Assembly: GCA_963825865.1 (NCBI GenBank)
Contig: CAWGVG010000005.1
Coordinates: 1 to 64,000 of the forward strand
Length of the DNA stretch: 64,000 nucleotides
Direction of reading: 5' to 3'
Source of the DNA: an uncultured Nitrososphaeraceae archaeon
GTDB lineage: Archaea; Thermoproteota; Nitrososphaeria; Nitrososphaerales; Nitrososphaeraceae
Positions 23,019 through 34,231 of this stretch are shown here, piece by piece. The position numbers and the translations under genes were made by a program. Numbering within the stretch: the stretch's first letter is position 1; the number at the start of each line of letters is the position of its first letter. Under the pieces are notes generated by a model that saw only the letters and a program-made list of their open reading frames with translations, did not search any database and was not told where the DNA came from.

Positions 23019-23118
23019 GTTGTTGTAATCACTTCATTGCTCTACCTTCAAACGTCTTCATGTCTCTCTTACTCGTATTTTCCAAGTCTTATTGCACCTA
23101 TAATCTTCCTTGTCATCG

Positions 23119-24655
23119 CTAAATTTCCCATTGCTTTCCTTTTCCCTCTATGCCGAGTCTAGCCAAAGATGCGTTAGATGGATAAGCTGGTTTTCCAGGG
23201 TGTTTTAAGACTACATGGCGTTCATAATCTTCTTTGTTATCGGTGCTTTGAAAGCTGCCACAGTGATAGCACTCAAATTGGGATGCATGGGACGCATGGG
23301 ACAGATCTTTTGAATGTGCACACTGTTCAGATTCATTTTCAGCTGAAATATTTACAATTTCCTTGGCTGAACTGCTGTTATCCTCACCAGTTTCATTAGG
23401 GATTTGTGACGAATTTGGACTGTTGATTTGCTGTATGATGTGAGTGGCATCCCTGGAATGCGTCCCATCTGTCCCATCTGTCCCAATTTGTATAGAGCCT
23501 TCATTTTTAGATGCATTTGAAAGAAATGTAGTAGACGTATAGTTGTCCAACCCATCTGCATCAGCAACAGAAGAAGACGAATTACTGCCGCGCTTAACTT
23601 TGACTTCAATATCTTTTATTACATAGGCCTTCTCTAACTTCTCAAGCCTGGCCTTGTCAAATACAAGCATTCTAGAACTTCCATGATGTCTGGGAGATTT
23701 ACCTCCAAATACATCCCTCAAGATCTTCATTGTTGCTTTCTTTGAAATTATGCCATGACCGTTCGTATGGTAGGTATCAGGTTTGCCTTCCACTGGTTCA
23801 GCCTCTAACGCTTCTACAATTTCTATCCAGATTTGCTTTTGTTCTAGCTCGGTTGTTGGAGCTGTCGCGGCTGCTATACTTTTAATCGCCATGTCATAGA
23901 TAACAGCGAAAAGTGGCAGCATGCAGGTTGTCAACATTTGCCGCACGTCTTTGGCTGAGATAGTCGCTGATAACATTCAGCAACTCATCAAGACAATCTG
24001 CACTTTGGAAGAGCCTTATTATGGGTTTGAACAATTGCTTCTCCCTGTTGTGGATATTCAGATCCTTTACATCAGGTAATGGTTCATGGAAGTGAAGCAG
24101 TTTGTAAAGTAGCAGTGTATTTCGAAATTCCATCAGTTCGTCCAGCAATGCCTGATTTTCCTGATCGCCGGCTGGGTTTACAATCTCGGAGATATCATAA
24201 GGCGGATTACCAGCAAAGCAGTTAATCTCTATGATTCGCTGAATGAAACCTTTGGCCTTTTGAGCATCTGGCGTTCTTTCTGCTGAATAGGCTTTAAAAC
24301 AAAAAGTATTGAACTTTTGCTGCCGCCTCCCAAAGCTTGTATCTGTCCTTAATACAGGAAAGCCGGTAGTGTATCCGTTTTTGTAGATTCTCATCTTATC
24401 AGGGCTTTCATCTAAATTGTCGGCTTCATCCTCGCATATAGTCCCATGGCCCTCATCTTCTCGGCTGCCTAAAAACTGGTATATGTTAGCAGCGGTTACA
24501 TCTGTGCTCATCATATTTCGATATGCAGCATAGTGAATTTTCGTTAGGTTGTTTGACTTGCCCGAGTTATTTCCATCTGTGAAGAACAAATAATGGGTGA
24601 GCCCTATCCTGTCTTGAAAGTACGAGTAAATTTCATCTGCAGCAGCAATATTCAT
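23119..24655 (-). CDS. Mobile-element replication-type P-loop ATPase with C-terminal C2H2 zinc finger, frameshift near 23910
   Basis: Walker A-like GNNSGKS, Walker B TICEDEAD, YKNGY..G, FCFKAYS, IQRIIEI; C-terminal CYHC..YERHVVLKHPGKPAYP. Confidence 0.7.
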
Positions 24656-24898
24656 TTTTCCCTTTTAATTACTATAGAAGGCGAGCAGCTCGTCCTGCTT
24701 AACGTCCAAGAATCCTGTGGTATTTGAAAATTTATCCTTCATTTTGATTCGTTCATTTTCCTATATTGAAGTTGATTTTATGCGCACTATATTATTTAAC
24801 GAGAGTCTGATAGATTTCTATTTTCATCGGACGGATATAATTGATTATTGTAAGAGTATTTTCCTTGGATAATAATAGGTTGCAGACATTATTATATC

Positions 24899-24923
24899 AT
24901 ATATATATATATATATATATATA
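24899..24923. repeat. (AT)n microsatellite
   Basis: About 12 AT units. Confidence 0.9.
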
Positions 24924-24969
24924 TTATTTGGTTGGCCAACTTTAGCATTTAAAATTCATCATTATTATG

Positions 24970-25261
24970 TTATGAAAGCGGGCTAATATTGTGGTAATAA
25001 TAAGAGCGGCCGTATTTTCTCTTTTTCTCTTCAATAATTGATTTGCCATCTAGCTCAAATACCTGCAGCTTTAGCCTAGTTTTGGATTTTCCTTCAGCAG
25101 CATTTAGATGCTTGTTGTTGATTCTGTCTTTGTATATCTTGATATAATCCTCAGCTTCTTTTTTTGATTCAAATCTTGCTTCTCCACGAAAGTGTCCATC
25201 TTCGTCAATAAGGCTGATAGAGTCCCAACCGCTATTTTTGAAGTTTTTTCACAATGAACAT
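24970..25261 (-). CDS. Small hypothetical protein, frameshift in a homopolymer near the start
   Basis: MFIVKK/..SGWDSISLIDEDGHFRGEARFESKKEAEDYI. Confidence 0.5.
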
Positions 25262-25516
25262 ATTTTCTCACATAATTTGTTTGTTGTTACCTACTACTGC
25301 AGCCTGGGCATTCATGCCATCCATTTATCCATCTATTACCTTTACCTTTTTTGTTTGTAGTCCAACAATAATTCATTAATTTAGTGCAGTTTGGACACCG
25401 AAGGCTAGACAGATCTATTATGATTGCTGTTATTTCTTATCACCATCTACCTCTTCTAGTAATCGATCAGCAGTATGCTCATGTTTACCTTTTTTCTGAT
25501 ATTATTTGATTGATTC

Positions 25517-25813
25517 TTAGTTGTGGTCGTTGTTGTCGTGGTGTTTGTGGTGGTTGTAATTGAAGCAGTAGTTGTGGTGGTTGTCGTTGTGGTCGTTGAA
25601 GCAGTAGTGGTAGTTGCGGAAGTAGTACTTGTGCTGATAGTAGTTTTTGTAGTAGTAGCGGTGATTGTCATCGTCGTTATGTCCCCCTGCTAGAGCCTGC
25701 GTTGGAATTAGAGTTGTTGCTGAAATTAACAGTACAGCAGCAGCCATTGTTGCAATTACTATCAAAGATATTGTACTATTATTCTTCTTTTTGTTCTTAC
25801 TCATTTCCATCAT
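25517..25813 (-). CDS. Secreted His/Tyr/Asn-rich small protein
   Basis: Signal peptide ending QALA, then YYYKNYYQHKYY..NDHNDNHH..HHKHHD. Confidence 0.6.
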   Translation of the reverse strand: MMEMSKNKKKNNSTISLIVIATMAAAVLLISATTLIPTQALAGGHNDDDNHRYYYKNYYQHKYYFRNYHYCFNDHNDNHHNYCFNYNHHKHHDNNDHN

Positions 25814-25959
25814 TTGTAAGATTGAGGATGCTGGATTTTCATTATAACTATTGTTTACCTATGAGACGTAACTTTGTTACCTAAGGCCTTATGTTGTTCT
25901 TAAAATTAAAAGCTAATCCTTTAGTTTATTCATTTACTCATAATCCTGGCAACTGTAAG

Positions 25960-26121
25960 TCATTCCGCATCTTCCAAAATAACTCTAATCGTCTTACCCT
26001 TAAAATTCTTCATGACGTCTTTATGCATCGCTTGGGGTACATAAATTACAACCTTAGACGGTCCCATTGAGCTTACTCTTCCGAAGAACTTTAGGCTTGT
26101 CAATAATTCAGCTTCAATCAT
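25960..26121 (-). CDS. 53-aa AbrB/MazE-like (swapped-hairpin) protein
   Basis: MIEAELLTSLKFFGRVSSMGPSKVVIYVPQAMHKDVMKNFKGKTIRVILEDAE*; below the ORF-track size cut-off. Confidence 0.55.
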   Translation of the reverse strand: MIEAELLTSLKFFGRVSSMGPSKVVIYVPQAMHKDVMKNFKGKTIRVILEDAE

Positions 26122-26247
26122 AGCTTATTAAAAATATATGTTCCAGAGTATTTATAAGTATTCCTAGTAATCTTATTTTACGTGGTATTTATAGTAATAC
26201 TTAGGAATATTATACAATAACAGAACCAAATAACTACTAAGCAAAGA

Positions 26248-26448
26248 ATGAGAGAATGCCCAGTATGTGACAAAACCATACAGATTGCACATAGTGATTA
26301 TTGCATTGGCTGTATGCAGGAATTGAGAGCAATCGTAATGTCAGCAACAGCGCTATATCTTATTCATAAGTTCATTCTGTGCCAAGTTATATACAATAAG
26401 GGTAATGTATTGCTATTAGTTTTCATTTTATCCGATGATTTTAATTAG
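26248..26448 (+). CDS. Small zinc-ribbon protein
   Basis: CPVC-x11-CIGC. Confidence 0.45.
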   Translation: MRECPVCDKTIQIAHSDYCIGCMQELRAIVMSATALYLIHKFILCQVIYNKGNVLLLVFILSDDFN

Positions 26449-26488
26449 AATCTCATATCATACTAGTAATAACAGTGGGGTACTATCG

Positions 26489-27325
26489 TTAACTACTAGT
26501 GACTTTCATCCTTCTTTGTTTATATGAAATATGAAATCTATTATACCAAAATAAAGCACCTGCTATGATTATAAAGTCCGTCACATAGAACATATCCCAA
26601 AACGATAGATTCTGTAAACGACCATTTACAAAATCATTCATATACCCATCATCTGCCATCGAATTGACTAATAGAGATAGTGAAGAAAGAAACCACGGAA
26701 TGAATTGTAGGTAGTCCTTTCGTAAGTTAACAAGTACTAAGACAGAAGGAACAATTAATATCAAATCTAAAATAGGATAAGCGATGGTGACAACAAAAGC
26801 GTCAATATCACCCACAACAAGGAATTGCGATGAAGAAGAGATTAAATAAAATACGTTATAAGTAATGAACAACAGTGTAGCAATCGACGCTATAATGACC
26901 GTGCTCAAATTGATTTTACTGCATATGTAGCTGAGTACCGTGAACAAATGTAATGCAAGGAATGCATATCCAGCAAACCATAAAACGTCTGTAACGGATA
27001 CAAGTATTTGTTCCTCTATACTTAAAGCGAAATAGTAATAAGCAAGACTAAGGTCTGCAGAGAGCCAACAAATAAGCCCTAGAGTGAGAAACAAATATGA
27101 TTTACCATGAATTCCATGGAGTCCATGACCATATACTGCAATCATACCTAAACTTGAAGCAATAGCTGCAGTTATATTTAAAATCAAAATAGTAGAAGAA
27201 CGTTTGTTGAGTGAATCTGAGAGTATTATTATGGAGTTTGCAATAATAGCTGAAATAATAATAGCTGAAATGAAATATGTAAGTGTTATCTTATTCTGAT
27301 CTATTTGCTTTCGTTTACAGATCAA
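26489..27325 (-). CDS. Multi-pass membrane protein, paralog of 53044-53878
   Basis: About 8 hydrophobic segments; SYLFLTLG..W..AD, SVTDVLWF.GY, YPILD. Confidence 0.8.
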   Translation of the reverse strand: MICKRKQIDQNKITLTYFISAIIISAIIANSIIILSDSLNKRSSTILILNITAAIASSLGMIAVYGHGLHGIHGKSYLFLTLGLICWLSADLSLAYYYFALSIEEQILVSVTDVLWFAGYAFLALHLFTVLSYICSKINLSTVIIASIATLLFITYNVFYLISSSSQFLVVGDIDAFVVTIAYPILDLILIVPSVLVLVNLRKDYLQFIPWFLSSLSLLVNSMADDGYMNDFVNGRLQNLSFWDMFYVTDFIIIAGALFWYNRFHISYKQRRMKVTSS

Positions 27326-27515
27326 ATCATCTCAGATAAATTCTTATTGCATAAGATTTTTTCTATTATCTATCCTTAATCGTATAAAAAATTTCGAAAA
27401 TTATACATTAGAGTTTAAAGTGTTTATGAAAAGACAGAAATCTGAAGCGAATAGATTCCTATATACCCAATGTAAGTTAAAAATGAATAGTAAATAAAGA
27501 ACGAGTGATCCGCCA

Positions 27516-27860
27516 TTATGTTTTAGGTATCATTACTTCCGAATATTCTTGTAATTCTACTTCTTTATCTAACAAATGCTCTATCTTCGAATCTAAAGCT
27601 TCCATGTAAGGCTTCTTGAAATGCTCTTCCAAAGATAACTTGTCAGTCCATATTTCATCAAAAAGTAATTTATCAGGATTATCATTTGATCTGTGCAAAA
27701 CATATGGAATATTGCCAGGTTCTCTTCTAGTTAGTTCTATTACTTCCAAGAGAATCTCTCCTAGTTCTTTCCCATGACCTTCCTTTGCTTCAAGGAATGC
27801 CAATAACCTAATTGACTTATCAGTCCTATTTTGAAATTTCGTGATATCCGTAGTCTCCAT
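27516..27860 (-). CDS. Antibiotic biosynthesis monooxygenase (ABM) family protein
   Basis: AKEGHGKEL..TRREPGN..YVLHRS.DNPD..LFDEIW....LEEHF. Confidence 0.85.
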   Translation of the reverse strand: METTDITKFQNRTDKSIRLLAFLEAKEGHGKELGEILLEVIELTRREPGNIPYVLHRSNDNPDKLLFDEIWTDKLSLEEHFKKPYMEALDSKIEHLLDKEVELQEYSEVMIPKT

Positions 27861-28770
27861 ATTGTTAGTATGTAACTATATGTATAAAAAAAGACGTTTT
27901 ATTTAATAACTACCGTTGGTTTTTCACTTTATAGTATTTGTAATCATTCCAAACAATCCTTAGAATAGAGATATACACATTTTCTTTTCAATACTTGTTC
28001 TAGATACGTGCTAAAGTAACATTGTCCTCCTTTTCAAGAGTGACAATTGATAAAGCCCTTTTCTTAGCTGTTGTTGCAAAGAAATTGTATAAACCATTAC
28101 TTCTACTAGTATAATTCGAAGATAAACTATCGTTCGAGTCCAGTTTAAAGGTATACATAGAGGCGGAGGATCTATTGTTGCATTTGGACTTCCATAAATA
28201 ATAATAGATGGAGGTGAAGATAGAATCACAGGAACTAAAATCAAGGTTCGTCTTTTTTAAAAAGATTCTTTTGGGCTGTTATTAATACTAGAAGACCCAT
28301 TACTCAGCAGAAGGATTCAATGGATCAAGAATATCAATATTATTGTTATTTGCTTTGGCTTTTCCAACTTAATCTTCAGGGATGTTATTGTAAAGAATCA
28401 TTATGAAATTCTAAATCAGTTCTATGCCATTTGTCCAAATAGGTCAGTGAGGTAAATTAAATTGGAAACCGTGTTTGAACGTAAGTCATAAAACTATTGT
28501 TCGGAGAACACCTAAGTTAAACGATTCCTACTAAGCTAACAATGGCAAAATAGTTGTTAAGATTAAAACAAAAAGCAGATAGAACAGGAGGTTAAGGAAA
28601 GGAATAGCACTGTGATGTTTGTGGTGAGTTCTATAATGAAATACTATGAAACTCAATCAGCTTTTAGGTTAGTCGCGGCATCCCATCTAATGACGTTTAG
28701 GTGGTTGGCAACAGAATCATTGCTACTACCACTTACTGCGCTAATGATAGATAACATAAACTTGAGTTAG

Positions 28771-28965
28771 ATGTCTGAAGGAAATCATACTCAATGGCAA
28801 AAAGCCTTTGAAAGAAGTGTCGCAGATTTTCTTCCTCTACTTTCATTACCAGGCGATATCAACGTAGGAGTAATAGACTATATTATTAAGATCGTTGGAG
28901 GTGCTCTTACTTTCGGTCTTGTCATAGCTTTGGGAAGGAAATTTGAAAGAAAATATATACGTTAA
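28771..28965 (+). pseudogene. Extreme C-terminus of the pentapeptide-repeat membrane protein family
   Basis: KAFERSVADFLPLL..VGVIDYIIKIVGGALTFGL..RKFERKYIR matches 39490-39655. Confidence 0.7.
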
Positions 28966-29699
28966 TTTACAACATATGACAGTGTCAGTATCATAGTTAT
29001 CTGTGCATGTTAGCATAGTTGTTATATAAGAACGCATGATCTAACCAAAATAGGTTCACTACGTTACATTCTATAACATCATAGATTGCGAAAGACAATT
29101 ATGGTTTTCTTCAGTTTTATTGGCATTTTCTCTTTTGTTAGAAGTTTCAGCAGTAGATTTGCTATCTTGACGTAATAAATTGCAAAGGTCTGAATGAGCA
29201 TTTAGTATCTCCAATTCTTAAAAAGAATGACAACAGCTCAAAGACAATGAGCCTAGTTCCAAAGGAAGATAATATCCTCATCACAAAGAATTTGAAGAAA
29301 ATTTTGTTGAAGCTGTTAACATACCAGATGCATTTATTGTTTATGTATTTATTCATTCATTAGAACCAGCACCAGATAATAATCAGTCATCTAATAGTCA
29401 TAGTAATTTAGTCCTATTTGAAGCAAAGAAAAAGACTGCCAGATTAAGTAGAATAAAGAATACTATAGAAAAAAATGGGTCACTGGTGCCATAGATACTT
29501 ATCTCATGTTGTATTGTTTTGAAGGACTCGATCTAATAGACATTTCTAAAAGAGTGTCGATTCTTGATAAAATTGGAAAATTTGATATGGATTACAGTCA
29601 AGATTCTGAATTAAAACGAACTGATTATGCAAAATTGATGAATTATTCCAATATTAAGAATAAATTAAATTGTATTTTTAGTGATTAATGCGCTTTGGA

Positions 29700-29721
29700 T
29701 GGTGCGGTCACCGGGATTTGA
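29700..29721 (-). other. Isolated tRNA 3' end (Gly-like), candidate att site
   Basis: Reverse complement TCAAATCCCGGTGACCGCACCA = T-loop/T-stem, acceptor 3' strand and CCA; no 5' half present. Confidence 0.7.
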
Positions 29722-29783
29722 CATCTACATATAGGGAAGGTCAGTAACTGATTTTAATGTTATGTTTTTGGACAAAATTAATG

Positions 29784-30053
29784 CTATAAGCACATGTGTG
29801 AACTGTTCTTAGCAATAAGAGAAAGAGAAGGTTCTGCTGTTGGATTGTTTTGGATTAGCCAAAATATTGTTGAAAGACTTACTATTATGACACCAATTAA
29901 TGTTGGCTTAGCTATACTTTCCCCATAGTTAGAAAAATGATAATACAAACCAGTCAATGACAGGTTTCTTCTGAACCAACAATTTCGTTTAATTATAATA
30001 TCACTACTATCGTCCTTACGTGGAACCTCTCGATACTTTCTTTTTAATTCCAT
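29784..30053 (-). pseudogene. Fragment of the pentapeptide-repeat membrane protein family
   Basis: MELKRKYRE..NCWFRRNLSLTGLYYHFSNYGESIAKP..IQNNPTAEPSLS matches 39256-39440. Confidence 0.75.
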
Positions 30054-30087
30054 AGGGGAAGTACTGGGAGATTTAATTAATTAAATT

Positions 30088-30180
30088 ATGAGTCTAGAAA
30101 CGATTCCTCACAACGCTACTATAAGATAGGATTTTGTTAGATGTGGTAATCCTGATTGTGACAAAAAACACGGGCCAAGA
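30088..30180 (+). pseudogene. DUF6788-like Cys/His relic
   Basis: IPHNATIR*DFVRCGNPDCDKKHGP. Confidence 0.45.
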
Positions 30181-30347
30181 ACTACTTGTTCATTGTATGT
30201 GGGACGAGTTTATAGTCTCGGTAAAAGTTTTCTATAGGAGTATGTTTTGTAGGTATATGGGAACGAATGTAGGAGATGTTTTTGCATATATATCCAAAGA
30301 ACTCTAGACAATTATCGTAACACCTTATTTGCAGGGGGAGTCAATAA

Positions 30348-30764
30348 ATGACCTCTAGCAAACAAGATGATAATAAAGTAGAGGATATTGCAATAAACTC
30401 AGACCTCGTACGTCATTCGGAGTATGATATAGAAGCTAATGATAATGACGATATTGCAATAGTCCATGATGCAGGTAAATTGGTTATTGATCCTACATAT
30501 GTAGAAAATACTATTGAATTCAGGAAAAACAAGAATACATTACTGGCAATTCCTGTAAAAGATATTGAAGATATATCTGTTATCTCAAATCCTCAAGCAA
30601 GTTCTGGTAAGGATTCTCCTATCAATAATCTTTCTACATCTGATACAAATATGCCCTCGTTGTCATCGCAATCATCAGCGGAAATATTAGAACATGAAGT
30701 GCGAAAAATGCAGAAGAGAAACGAAAAGCAAGAGAGAAACAAAGATGACTCTTCTGGTTTGTAG
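30348..30764 (+). CDS. Chimeric hypothetical protein
   Basis: Its last ~110 bp and 3' flank (30655-30796) are a near copy of 51320-51470. Confidence 0.5.
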   Translation: MTSSKQDDNKVEDIAINSDLVRHSEYDIEANDNDDIAIVHDAGKLVIDPTYVENTIEFRKNKNTLLAIPVKDIEDISVISNPQASSGKDSPINNLSTSDTNMPSLSSQSSAEILEHEVRKMQKRNEKQERNKDDSSGL

Positions 30765-31061
30765 CAAAGCACAATGATTGTAAATTAAAAGTAGGGACCA
30801 GGTGGTGAATTATCATGCTTAGCGAGAGACTTGTAAAACGCGAAGAGGTTCTACCTGTACACGATCAACGACATAAATCTAGATTTCATAGATGGCGTTG
30901 TCAGATATGTTTCATTTTCACTTCCAGGACACACAGGGAATTATTATTGCATAAGGACAAATGTCACCGTATATAATTTCCATGGTTGAATTTTCGTTAC
31001 GGCGTTAGTTGTGATTCCAGGCCATTTTACAAAGTTGCACATTTGAGCCCCATTTTTACAA

Positions 31062-31325
31062 TAAATGCAACACCACACCCTCATCCCCCAAATACTGCTA
31101 CCACATCTTCTTTATTGAGTATACCGTTAGGAACGGAATCTCCTAATTCTTCTATCCATTCAGCTATCACATGGCCAGGTGTTGTTGGTAATTGAAGAGG
31201 AATAGAATTTTTCCAATCGCCATTTATCAAATGTAAATCGCTATGGCATAATCCTGTAGCGCCTACCTTTACTAAAACTTGTTCTCCTTTAGTTAATACC
31301 GGTTTCTCAATATTTTCTATTGAAG
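31062..31325 (-). pseudogene. Zn-dependent alcohol dehydrogenase N-terminal fragment
   Basis: EQVLVKVGATGLCHSDLHLINGDW..PGHVIAEWIEELG..AVFGG*GCGVAF; paralog of 37605-38708. Confidence 0.8.
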
Positions 31326-31384
31326 AGCAATAAACGTTTTAACAAACACTTTATCATATAATCTGCTATAGAATCTAGCATATC

Positions 31385-31644
31385 TAGTCATGTGAAAATG
31401 CATAGACCAAACGACCATCAATTGTTCCATATCCTGTGACTACTCCATCTCATAGAGTTCTTTTCTTTTCCATCCCAAAGTCGTAGCACTCATGAGTCAC
31501 AAAGGGATCAATCTCAACAAAGGTTCCAGAATCCATGAGTGTATTCATTCTTTCAAATGCGGTCAAATTTTTGTATTCTTCTTGTTTATCTTTTCCACCC
31601 CTAGCTTCCTTTTTTCCTCTAGCTCTGAAAAAATCCAATAGCAC
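31385..31644 (-). pseudogene. Acyl-CoA carboxylase carboxyltransferase N-terminal fragment
   Basis: LTAFERMNTLMDSGTFVEIDPFVTH..DFGM, then DGVVTGYGTIDGRLVYAFSHD. Confidence 0.8.
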
Positions 31645-31790
31645 TATTTCTGATATTGTGACTTATTTATTAGTTGATTATTGCAATCAATATTTTAATT
31701 AGACCCTTAATGATAATTGCATCTTTTTACTTCAACAAAATATAAAATTCCTTTATATTAAGGATAAAAAGACTCTACTTTTGTAACTAA

Positions 31791-33444
31791 ATGTTTTCTA
31801 AAATCGTTGATGTATCTACTTCTATTTCTGATGTAAAAGATGACAGCATCATTGCCATTTCTGGTTTTAACATGGCTATAACTCCAGAATATCTAATTCT
31901 TGAATTATATAAACAGTACAATCAACAAGGACATCCAAAGAACATATTCATAATCTCAGACGCTCTACCTGCAGTGCCCGGAAGGGCATTAGACCAAATA
32001 GCCGAAGGCTTGTACAGGGAACCAAACCAGGAATTTCTCAGAGGCGCCTTGATGCCTTTCTTGGGATTTTCTCCATGGCTTCAAAAGATGGTAACAGATA
32101 ACAGAATAGAGTGTTATGGATGGCCCATAGGTGTTACTGCATATTGGTTCAGAGAAATAGGCTCTGGGAGACCTGGCCTTTTAACAAAAATAGGTGTGGA
32201 TACTTTTCTTGACCCAAGGCAAGATAGCGCCGCATTAAATGAACTTGCGAAGAGAAATGCTTCGTGCCACGTTAGCGTTATCGATATTGATGGAGAAGAT
32301 TATCTTCTGTACCAAGCTCCTAAACCAAATTATGCTATGATTAGAGCCTCCGTATCTGATGAGAATGGTAATCTTTCATTGCAAGATGAGGGTATCAGAG
32401 GTACTGTTCTTAGCATTGCCCAAGCTACTAAAGCAGGAGGACCAAACCAAGGTAAGGTAATAGCACAAGTAAGATGGATAACAAAGTCTGGTACAATAAA
32501 TCCAAGGGATGTAGACGTGCCTGGTCCACTAGTAAATTATACTGTTGTTTCTCCAAAAGATACCACTGGCAGTGTGGCAGCATCGAATACGATCCAAGAC
32601 TATCTTATAAAATAATTCCGCCATCTACAGAGAATCTACTTGTAGACGGCATACCCAAAATATCGCTTGGAGGACATAAAAAGATAATAGCCAGAAGGAT
32701 TCTATTGGAGTTGCTCAAATTATTTAAGACTAAGCAATCTCCTGTTTTGGTCAACCTAGGAATAGGTATCCCTGCTTTGATTTCATTAGTTGCAGCTGAG
32801 GAGAATGTAACTGATTTCATAATAACGGTACTGAATCTGGGCCTTGGGGAGGGCTTGCTCTTTCAGGAAATGACTTTGGATTAGCAATAAGTCCTTTTGC
32901 ACTCTCTACGATGCCAGATGTATTTTCCAATTTTGAGGGAGGAATAGTTGATGCAGCATCTCTTGGATTTCTTCAAGTTGACAAAAAAGGAAATGTGAAT
33001 CCTTCTATGTTACCAAATAGGATCTTCGGGCCAGGCGGCTTCCCAGTCATAGCCGGCGGAGTATCAAGAATATATTTTGCAGGTTCGTTTATGGGAGGAA
33101 AAAGTGACATTAGTGTATCAGATAACAAAATTAGAATTTTGCATGAAGGTACAATACCAAAGTTCATTGAAAGCGTGTTCAAAATTGTATTTAGTGGACA
33201 TCAAGCAATAAAATATGGACAAGAGATCATGTATATTACTGAAAGGGCAGTTTTTAGGCTAAATCAGAGGGGACTAGTTTTAGAAGAGATTGCTCCTGGA
33301 ATTGAACTACAACGCGACATTATATCCAAGATGATCTTTGAACCTGTAATAGGAAATTCGATAAAGGAAATGGATAGAAGGATATTCAACGAAGGAAAGA
33401 TGGGGATTAGAGATGAGGTTATGTGTCATACATTAAATACATAA
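31791..33444 (+). CDS. Fused family I acyl-CoA transferase (propionate/acetate CoA-transferase-like), two frameshifts
   Basis: GRPGLLTKIGVDTFLDPR, DENGNLS, IIARR..VNLGIGIP, ESGPWGG, LGFLQVDKKGNVN, GPGGF, YITERAVF..LEEIAPGI. Confidence 0.88.
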
Positions 33445-33663
33445 CCGCCACTACTATTATTATCATCATCGTCATAATATTAGGTGTTTAATCCATGATC
33501 CAATTTGTAATCAATCTTTTTCTGCAAGATTAATTGTAAATATGTGGTGAACTCTATACAATAAATTCAACTCGCCTTTGCAGAATATGTGGTGTGTGTA
33601 TGTTATACAGATTCCTAGGTTTTTCTTTCTACCATTGTCTATAACATCCATTATGATATATAT

Positions 33664-33954
33664 ATGACATATATTTTCAATAAAAAGTACAGAGACAGAT
33701 TAGATATATTTTCAGAAATCCTTGAGCTGGGAAATGGCAATGAAGTAAGAATTGGTAATATTTCGCATAAATCTGGTCTTCCATATAATCTGCTAAAGAA
33801 ATACTTGGAAATACTGCTATACAATAATTTATTGGAATATCATAAAGAGGATAAAACCTATAAAACGACGAACAAAGGCATCCATTTACTTGGACTCTAT
33901 CATAATTTAGTAAATAATATGTTTCTTAGGTGTCGTACTTCCAGACATCATTGA
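33664..33954 (+). CDS. Archaeal winged-helix transcription regulator
   Basis: YRDRLDIFSEILE..I..KSGLPYNLLKKYL..L..LLEY....YKTTNKG. Confidence 0.75.
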   Translation: MTYIFNKKYRDRLDIFSEILELGNGNEVRIGNISHKSGLPYNLLKKYLEILLYNNLLEYHKEDKTYKTTNKGIHLLGLYHNLVNNMFLRCRTSRHH

Positions 33955-34231
33955 CAAAACGATGCACTATCTATATGGAATAGAAGAAGAATAATGAAAC
34001 TACTACTACTAGTGAAGTAACTGTAATCAATTGGTTAACCATAATAGCAGATTCTATAGACCGATTGGAGATAATCAATTTTGAGGATGATAATGCAAAG
34101 ACAAAACTGTTCAGCGAGCATCTATGGCATGATAATAAAAAACAATTACCTTGCAAATAAGAAGCCAGAGCACAAAAAAATAATGCAATAATAATATCTT
34201 TATCTTCTATTATGGGTACAATTCATCTACT

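Noticed and set aside
24899-24923. (AT)n tract as a phase-variation switch or origin
   Set aside because: Not clearly tied to a gene start, and no length-variation evidence is available.
25456-25671. Poly-Thr ORF
   Set aside because: Alternative frame of the low-complexity tail of 25517-25813; it cannot be fully excluded if that gene has an indel, but has no independent support.
29700-29721. A functional tRNA gene
   Set aside because: Only the 3' 22 nt are present, so it is recorded as an att-like scar.
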